From assembly GCA_964016885.1 (NCBI GenBank), contig CAXHJY010000133.1, positions 186,001 to 250,000 of the forward strand: a stretch of 64,000 nt of DNA, written 5' to 3'. The position numbers and the translations under genes are program-made. Under the pieces are notes generated by a model. It was not told the DNA's origin and made no database searches. It saw only the letters and a program-made list of their open reading frames with translations. Positions within the stretch are counted from its first letter, which is position 1, and each line of letters opens with the position of its first letter. This stretch comes from Eledone cirrhosa. Its lineage: Eukaryota. This document shows, piece after piece, positions 53,984 to 64,000 of the stretch.

Positions 53984-54617
53984 TATATTATTTAATTGAT
54001 TTACATATGTTTCATTCAAATACAGAAGGAGGTAGCATATAATTCCTCTGAAGAGAAATCATCAGAATCATTAAGCATCTTTTTTAATTTTTTGTGACTA
54101 ACACCCGTGGGCATGCCTATAAAGTCAGAAAACAACACAGCTTCCATGACTTTCGGAAATATTTTTTCATGCTCAGAGTTGCTGAAGCATGAAACAAACT
54201 GCCTGCATCAGTTATTAGCTGTTGGGACACTGCATCCTTTAAAACCTCCATTCTTCCTGAAATTCGCCAACATTACACCTGTTATTCCCCCAGCTGTAGA
54301 AATCAAGCCAGAATCAGTTCCCGTCCCACCCTTGCAAGCAGGGAAAAGGCGGATGTAAAATGAAATGAAAAAATGAAAAAAAATAAAGCACCCAGCCCAT
54401 ACTGTAAAGTGCTTGTGTAGGTGTCACGACAAAAAACACCCAGTACTTACTGTAAATGTGGTTGGCTTTAGGAAGGGCATCTAGCTGTAGAAACCGAGCC
54501 CAAATCAGTTCTGTATGAGAAGACATGGTCATCTGACCTTGACTTGCCTCAAATAGGACAACCTATATAACCCAGAACTGGTTCTGGCTTGGTTTCTACA
54601 CTTGGATGCCATTTTCA

Positions 54618-55135
54618 ATAGGTATGTTATGAAATTTCTACAGGTATGTTGTGAATTTTCAACAGGTATGTTGTGAAATTTCAACAGGTATGTTATGAAT
54701 ATCTACAGGTGTGTTGGGATTTTCTACCTGTGTTTTGCAAAGTTCTACAAGTGTATTGTCAATTTCTACAGGTTTACTGTGAAATTTCTACTAATGCATT
54801 GTGAATTTTCGACAGGTGTGCCATGGAATTTCTACAGGTGTCCCATGAAATTTCTACTGATGCATTGTGAATTTTCAACAGTTTTGCTGTGAAATTTCTA
54901 CAGGTATGTTGTCAATTTTCTACAGGTATGTTGTGAATTTTCAACATGTGGGTTGCAAATTTCTACAGTTAAGTTGAGAGTTTTAAAGGAGTATGTTGCA
55001 AATTTTCTACAGGTATGTTGTGAATTTTTAATAGGTATGTTGTGAATTTTTAATAGGTATGTTATGAAATTTCTATAGGTGGTGTTGGGAATTTTTTACA
55101 GGTGATGTTGGAAATTTTCAACAGATATATGTTGT
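54618..55135. repeat. About 21-bp minisatellite TTTCTACAGGTATGTTGTGAA
   Basis: More than 20 diverged tandem units. Confidence 0.85.
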
Positions 55136-55779
55136 GATATTACCTCATACAGGCATGTTTGAGTGTAACAGAGGAACAGGATTGGATGTGACAAGAGAAT
55201 CAAGTAGAGTAGATAACAAGAGCACAAAGTTTGATATAGTGTGCATATGTATATGTATGACTGTCTGGTGGGTTTTCTACGGCTGGATGCCCTTCCTAAC
55301 ACCAACCACGTTTACAGTGTGGACTGGGAAGTTTTTACCGTGTTACCTACACGGCCACATTACAATATATATATATATGTTATATGGGAGACATATATGT
55401 GCAGTATCTGTATGTATATTAGAGTATGTGTAGGTATAATGCATCGTATATATATATATAAATAGATGGGGTATATGTGTAGTATGTGTTTGTATATGTG
55501 TGGTATGTGTATGTACATGCATGGTGTGTGTATGTATATGTGTTTGTATGTACGGTCCTTGTATATATATGTGGAATGTGTATGTATATGTGTGTGTATA
55601 TATATGTGTGTGTATATATAAAGGTATGTGATGTATGTATGAATATGTATGTGTATCCATATCTATAGAAGCCCTAGGAAAAATATATCTGTGTGTGTGT
55701 GTGTGCCTATGTATATGTGGTTGCATATGCATCTGCATTCATGTACCTATGTGTACATGCATCTGTATGTACAGGAAAA

Positions 55780-55833
<54 letters not shown>

Positions 55834-55946
55834 GATAGATAGATATAGATATATAAATAAACCCTTGAAAGTATATCTGTATGTACATGAAAATGCATGT
55901 GTATATATATATACATACATACATACATATATATATACATATATAC

Positions 55947-55977
<31 letters not shown>

Positions 55978-56248
55978 CACATATATATATACATGTATAT
56001 ATATATACATATATTCATATATATATATACATACAGAGAGAGGGAGAGAAGCCCTAGATAACATATCTATAGTAACAGTAATGTGAAATATCTTCAAAGA
56101 TAATTGCATATGTGTATGTTTACATTAATGTGTACATGTGGTTATATATATGCATCATCATCATCATGTAATATATATACATATATATACATTTATACAC
56201 ACATATATATATATATATACATATATATTTATACATATGTATATATCA

Positions 56249-56289
<41 letters not shown>

Positions 56290-56500
56290 GTCCCAAAAAA
56301 TGTATACATTTCAAGAGCATTCTAACAAACACGTGTGTACATTTTTGGGAGGACACCCTGCACATACACTCACACTCACACACACACAGAGAAACAGCCT
56401 TTCTTTTAGGCATGTCATTATTAGATATCCAAATATGTGTCTACATCTATATATATACATGAATATATATATATCCAAATATGTGTCTACATCTATATAT

Positions 56501-56553
<53 letters not shown>

Positions 56554-56638
56554 AAGGATGTCCCCCAAAAATGTATGCACACTTCAACAGCATTCTAATC
56601 AGTGTTACACATTTTTTTTTGGGGGGGGGGGACACCTT

Positions 56639-56669
<31 letters not shown>

Positions 56670-56706
56670 CAGGGTGTCATTTACAAACATATACACACAT
56701 TATAAT

Positions 56707-56773
<67 letters not shown>

Positions 56774-56803
56774 GGTGTCATTTACAAACATATACACACA
56801 TTA

Positions 56804-56839
<36 letters not shown>

Positions 56840-57102
56840 GTATGTATATGTTTGTAAATGAAAGTTTTAATTATAATGGGAATGTCTGAGTAGTGTTTAT
56901 ATATACGCATGTGTTTATATTAGTGCACCTGTGTATATATATATACACACACATATATATGTGTGTGTGTGTGTTTGCGTGTGTTTATACAACATCAGTA
57001 ACAGAGTAAATGCAATATCAGTCTATATACATGTGTGTGCATTTAAACATGTTTGCACATGCATGTGTGTAATATATGTGCATGCAATGTGTGTATATAT
57101 AT

Positions 57103-57151
<49 letters not shown>

Positions 57152-57194
57152 TGCATTTGAGTGTTAAATGTATAGATGTGTTTATATATGTTTG

Positions 57195-57290
<96 letters not shown>

Positions 57291-57600
57291 CATACATGTA
57301 CATATTTTTATATACATATACATATATGTATATCTATATATATATACATACATATCTCTCTCTCTGTATATATATATATATATACACATATCTCTCTCTC
57401 TCTCTCTGTATATATATATATATACATGCATGTCAGTGTTACATGTATATATATTCTGTATACATGTGAGTGTGTGTATTTATGTATATAGATATATATG
57501 TGTATGTATATATATATATATGTGTGTGTGTGTATGTATATATATATATATATATATATGTGTGTATGTATGTATATATATATATATATGCGTGTGTATG

Positions 57601-57640
<40 letters not shown>

Positions 57641-57729
57641 CGTGTGTGTGTCTGTAAGAGAAGCCCCTGTAGACACAGGTTCTCTACTGAATATTTAAAG
57701 ATTGTGGATAAGTTACAAGGGTGAGCTGG

Positions 57730-58777
57730 CGGTGGTGTTGGTGTGTAGTGGTGGTGTGTAGTAGTGGTGGTGGTGGTGGTGGTGTGTAGTGGTGGTGGTG
57801 ATGGTAGTGGTGCTGGTGGTGGTGGTGGTGATGGTGGTGGTGGTGATTGTGGTGATGGTGGTGGTAGTGGTGGTGATGGTAGTGGTGGTGATAGTAGTGG
57901 TGGTGATGGTAGTGGTGGTGATAGTAGTGGTGGTGATGGTGATGGTATTGGTGTCTAGTACTTGTTGCTGTTGTGCTGGTGGCGGCGGGGGGGGGGGGTG
58001 ATATACAATAGTGGAAGCATGTATGTCATCATCACCATCTTAATCATCAACATTACAATGACAACTCCATCATCATCATCATCATCATCGTTAACATTCT
58101 TGTCATTCACAGTCACCATCATCATCATCATATTAGTAGCAGTCGAATTTGTAGTCGGCAGCTTCATAGTCATCACCATCACCATCCTCACCTTCAGTAC
58201 CAACAACGTCACCACCATTACAATCATACAATCACTGTCATCATCATCATCATCATCACCACCATCAGCATCACTATTGTCACCATCACCACCATCGTCA
58301 TCATCACCATCAACAACACCCCCATTGCTATCATAATCATCATCGTCATCACCACCACCTTCGCCATCACAGTTGTCATCATCATCATCACCATCACCAC
58401 CATCGTCATCATCATTATCACAATTACTATCATCACCATTACCATCATCATTACCACTACCATCACCATCACCACCACCATCACTACCACCACCATCATT
58501 ATCACCATCACCACCATCATTATCACCACCATCATTACTACCATCACTACCACCACCATCATTACCATCACCATCATCATCACCATCACTACCACCACCA
58601 TCACTACCACCACCATCACTACCACCACCATCACTACCACCACCATCACTACTACCACCATCACTACCACCACCATCACTACCACCACCATCATTACCAT
58701 CACCATCATTACCATCATCAATATCATTGTTATCGATGACTTGTGCAATGTCAACATAAACATTAGCAAGAAAAGCA

Positions 58778-58811
<34 letters not shown>

Positions 58812-58887
58812 AGTAGTAGTAGTGGTAGTAGTAGTGGTGGTAGTAGTAGTAGTGGTAGTAGTAGTAGTAGTGGTAGTAGTAGTAGTG

Positions 58888-58925
<38 letters not shown>

Positions 58926-59073
58926 GGTAGTAGTGGTAGTAGTAGTAGTAGTGGTAGTAGTAGTAGTGGTAGTAGTAGTAGTAGTAGTAGTGGTGGTAGT
59001 AGTAGTAGTAGTAGTGGTAGTAGTAGTGGTAGTAGTAGTAGTAGTAGTGGTAGTAGTAGTAGTAGTAGTAGTG

Positions 59074-59125
<52 letters not shown>

Positions 59126-60700
59126 TAGTAGTAGTGGTAGTAGTAGTAGTGGTAGTAGTTGTAGTAGTTGTAGTAGTGGTAGTAGTAGTGACTGATGACA
59201 GTAGTAGTCGGTTTTGGTCTCTTCCTCATTCTAGTCATCATCATCACCACCACCACCCCACCCCCACCACATACGTAATCATCGCCATCATCATCATCAT
59301 CATAGTCACCTATCACGTAATCATTATTTTGCCTTTCATCCTAACGGGGGTGGATAAAATAAAGTACCAGTAATGTACTGAGGACTAAATTGCTGGCCTT
59401 GTGCCAAAAGTAGAAACAATTATTATAATCAAAATCACTATCGTCATCAACACGTAACAATCACCGTCAACAACCATCATCATCAACGTAACAATCACCA
59501 TCACCACAACCATCATCGTCACTATCATCAACCACGTCACCATCACCATCATCAACCACGTAACAATCACCATCATCATCCACATAACAATCACCATCAC
59601 CACAACCATCATCATCGCCATCAACCACACGTAACAATCACCATCAACCACACGTAACAATCACCATCAACCACACGTAACAACCACCATCATCATTACC
59701 ATCACCATCATCAACCACGTAACAATCACCGTCAACAACCATCATCATCAACGTAACAATCACCATCACCACAACCATCATCAACCACGTCACCATCACC
59801 ATCATCAACCACGTAACCATCACCATCATCAACCACGTAACCATCACCATTACCACAACCATCATCATCGCCATCAACCACACGTAACAACCACCATCAT
59901 CATCACCATCACCATCATCAACCACGTAACAATCACCATCATCATCGCCATCAACCACACGTAACAATCACCATCAACCACACGTAACAACCACCATCAT
60001 CATCACCATCAGCATCATCAACCATGTAACAATCACCATCAACCACACGTAACAACCACCATCATCATCACCACCATCATCATCATCAACCACGTAACAA
60101 TCACCGTCAACAACCATCATCATCGCCATCAACCACATAACAATCACCATCTTAAACCACGTAATCATCACATCATCATCATCATCACCATTATCAACCA
60201 TGTAATCATCATCATCATCATCATCATCAACCATGTAATAATCGCCATCATCATCATCAACCACGTAATCATCACATCATCATCATCACCATCATCAATG
60301 GACGTCAACATAATTTCATAATAAACATAATCGTCAACATAGTAGTTAAATGTAGTAGTAGCAGTAGTAGTTGTGCTAGTAGTAGTAGTAGTAGTAGTAG
60401 TTGTGCTAGTAGTGGTGGTAGTAGTAGTAGCTGTTGTGGTAGTAGTGTTGATACTACTACTACTACTAGTATCAACAGTAGTAGTAGTAATGGTATGGTG
60501 GAAGTAGTAGTCGTAGTAGTAGTGGTGGAGCTGGTAGCAGAAGTAGTAGCAGTAGTCGTAGTAGTAGTATTAGTATTGGTAGTAGTAGTAGTAGTAGTGG
60601 TGGTTGCGGTATTAGTAGAAGTAGTATTAATATTATTATTAGTCGTAGTAATATCAGTGGTGGTGGTAGTAGTAGTTGCGGTAGTAGTAGCAGGTAACTG
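57730..60700. repeat. Large compound trinucleotide domain: (GGT)n, (CAT/CAC)n, (GTA)n and AACCACGTAACAATCACCATC units
   Basis: Directly visible. A partial SINE B lies at about 59325-59425. Confidence 0.93.
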
Positions 60701-61521
60701 TAGTGGTTGATAATAAGGCTTCTGTCATTCCCCCCCCCCCCCCCCACAACTTAACAAACAAAACGGGTTTATACGTGTATCAAGGTGTATATATAGGTGT
60801 CATTATATATACAGACACACCTATATATAATATATATACACACAAACACCAACAGACATATATAAATATGTATGTATTTGTATACAGGGTCCCCCCCCCA
60901 AAAAAATGTACACGTACTTCGACAGTATTCTAATAAATATTTCCACTACAGGTAATCAAAGTGTGTATACGCATACATTTTTGGGGGACACCTTGTGTAT
61001 ATATATATATATACACAAATACATACACACCGACAGACATATTTATGTATATATACACCGGGACAAATATGTATATATATATATATATACACACACACAC
61101 ATACAGACAAAATCGATCGATAATGATCTATAAATATATATATATATATGTATATGTATACATATACATAACATTATCGATGTTGAAAAATAAATGACAA
61201 AGGACCGGAAGCGACTAACTCCGAGTACCGACCGTTCACGCATGCTCAGTTATAAATAAATAATTAATAATTAATTATTCCACTTTATCTAATAGTATTG
61301 TGTTCTTTTTTAAGGGCTTTTAATGTGGGTTTTTTTGTTCTATGATATTTAGGCTAGATAGTAATCGATATTACACCGTGGGAACCAATGTCACTACCCA
61401 CCCCCTCTTGATATATATATACCAATGTATGTATATATATATATATGTGTGTGTAACATATATATACACACACACATTATATACATATATATGCATACAG
61501 ACATATATATATAGGTACATG

Positions 61522-61567
<46 letters not shown>

Positions 61568-61617
61568 CATACATGCATGCTCATACATACATATACACAC
61601 ATTATATATATATATAC

Positions 61618-61653
<36 letters not shown>

Positions 61654-62067
61654 TGTTACAATCTAAACAAAGAATTAATTAATAAGGAAATACGAACAGA
61701 ATCCTTAATAAAATTAACTGGGCCAGAGTCGTGTTTTCATTATAATATATACACACGAATACACACACATACACACCCACAATGACAGTGCCCCAGCGTG
61801 GTCTCAGCCAGTCGGCGAAGTGAGGAATATGTGTGAACGTTTGTGTTTACAAACGAAGCTATACATAGAATTTATTCAATACGCTAGATAGTGTATATTT
61901 TATTAGATGCCTTTAATAAAAGTGTGTACACACTAACACACATAAATATATATATATATATATATACATACATATTTCTGTGTGTTTAATGTATGTGCAC
62001 ACTAACACACACACACATATATATATATATATACATACATATTTCTGTTTAAAGTATGTACACACTA

Positions 62068-62105
<38 letters not shown>

Positions 62106-62132
62106 TAGTGTGTACATATTTTAAACACAGAA

Positions 62133-62205
<73 letters not shown>

Positions 62206-62747
62206 CACATGTTTCTGTGTGTATATATGTGTTAACGTTATATATATACAGTGTCCTCCAAAAATGTATATACACTTTCATTACCTATACAGGCAATATT
62301 TATTAGAATGCTGTTGAAGTGTGTATACATTTTTGGAGGACACCCTGTATATAAGTGTGTGCACACACACATATATATATATGTATGTATGTATATAGAT
62401 AAATATATACGTTTCGTTTCTTTGTGTATTTTTTATAGGTATAAAAATAACAACAAACATTTGCTGATGGTGACACTACATACCATGTATGTAGCAGATA
62501 CATATTTTATATTGTATATATTATATATTATATGGTATATATATGGTATATATTAAATATGATATATATTATATGTTATATATATATGGGTTGACTGATG
62601 AGGCTCAAGTTTCGCCGAGCCGGCAGCTAATATATCCAGTGTTTATATATATATATATATATGAAAAAATTAGCTTTAAAATCATTTTTAATTCCTTACA
62701 CATGTCTCAAGAGAGCTATATATCAAATTATTCGAAAGGTGAAAATT

Positions 62748-63653
<906 letters not shown>

Positions 63654-63850
63654 GATAAATCTACCAAGAGTTTACGGTAGTGTCCAATCCGTATGAAGAA
63701 CTCAATGTAATCCGGATATCATGGAAAGAAGAGATGCAATGAAAAATCACTTTCGGTGAAAGATAAACGGAATACAGAGTCAAGATAAAATATTAAAAAA
63801 ATAATGAATAAAACAATGAAACAGTTCCTTATATTAAACAAAAAAAGTTC

Positions 63851-63998
63851 ATTATTTAACGATCGTTTCTAGGATATATATGTGTTAGAATTGGCATGCA
63901 TATTCAACAGATCTATGTACAAAATTATACAAAATTATACAAACTATCAAAATTAAATATACATACCAACACATATATATGCCGTCTTCAGAAATAAT
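63851..63998 (-). ncRNA. Type I hammerhead ribozyme motif with greatly extended helix II, within the 350-bp element 63651-64000
   Basis: Minus strand ATTATTT-CTGAAGA-CGGCATATATATGTGTTGG...CTAACACATATATATCCTA-GAAA-CGATCG-TT-AAATAAT. It has a perfect 7-bp helix I, an intact core, an approximately 15-bp helix II and a palindromic AACGATCGTT helix III. Confidence 0.72.
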
Positions 63999-64000
63999 TA

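Noticed and set aside
57671-57720. Possible plus-strand micro-exon (AG|ACAC...CAAGG|[20 protein letters not shown])
   Set aside because: The polypyrimidine tract is weak, there is no recognisable homology and no partner exons were found. It cannot be supported without RNA data.

Overview
This is eukaryotic, repeat-saturated DNA, most likely intronic or intergenic cephalopod (octopus-like) sequence, inferred from the SINE types and the extreme (TA)n/(CA)n/(CAT)n/(GTA)n load. Almost every ORF in the supplied track is a microsatellite artefact. Only one host exon is supportable: 583-663 on the minus strand, 27 codons, resembling the start of an SH2D5-like PTB domain. Non-LTR retrotransposons include a 5'-truncated CR1/L2-group LINE (15.4-17.9 kb), a degenerate Penelope-like element with RT and GIY-YIG (46.9-49.0 kb), two L1/Tx1-type 3' ends in one satellite, many RTE fragments (one with a twin-priming-like inversion), a bipartite non-autonomous RTE family and a probable CRE-clade 3' end. 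There are also at least four tRNA-derived SINE families, hAT-, piggyBac- and Tc1/mariner-type MITEs, and several minisatellites grown out of those elements. The most striking unexplained signal is about 20 short elements from several unrelated families, mostly in (TA)n tracts. They combine a fold-back (inverted duplication) with a minimal type I hammerhead-ribozyme motif whose helix III is palindromic, and some have a greatly extended helix II. They look like a Penelope/retrozyme-like system of self-cleaving mini-elements. All family names come from motif recognition by eye, not database searches, and most boundaries are approximate.
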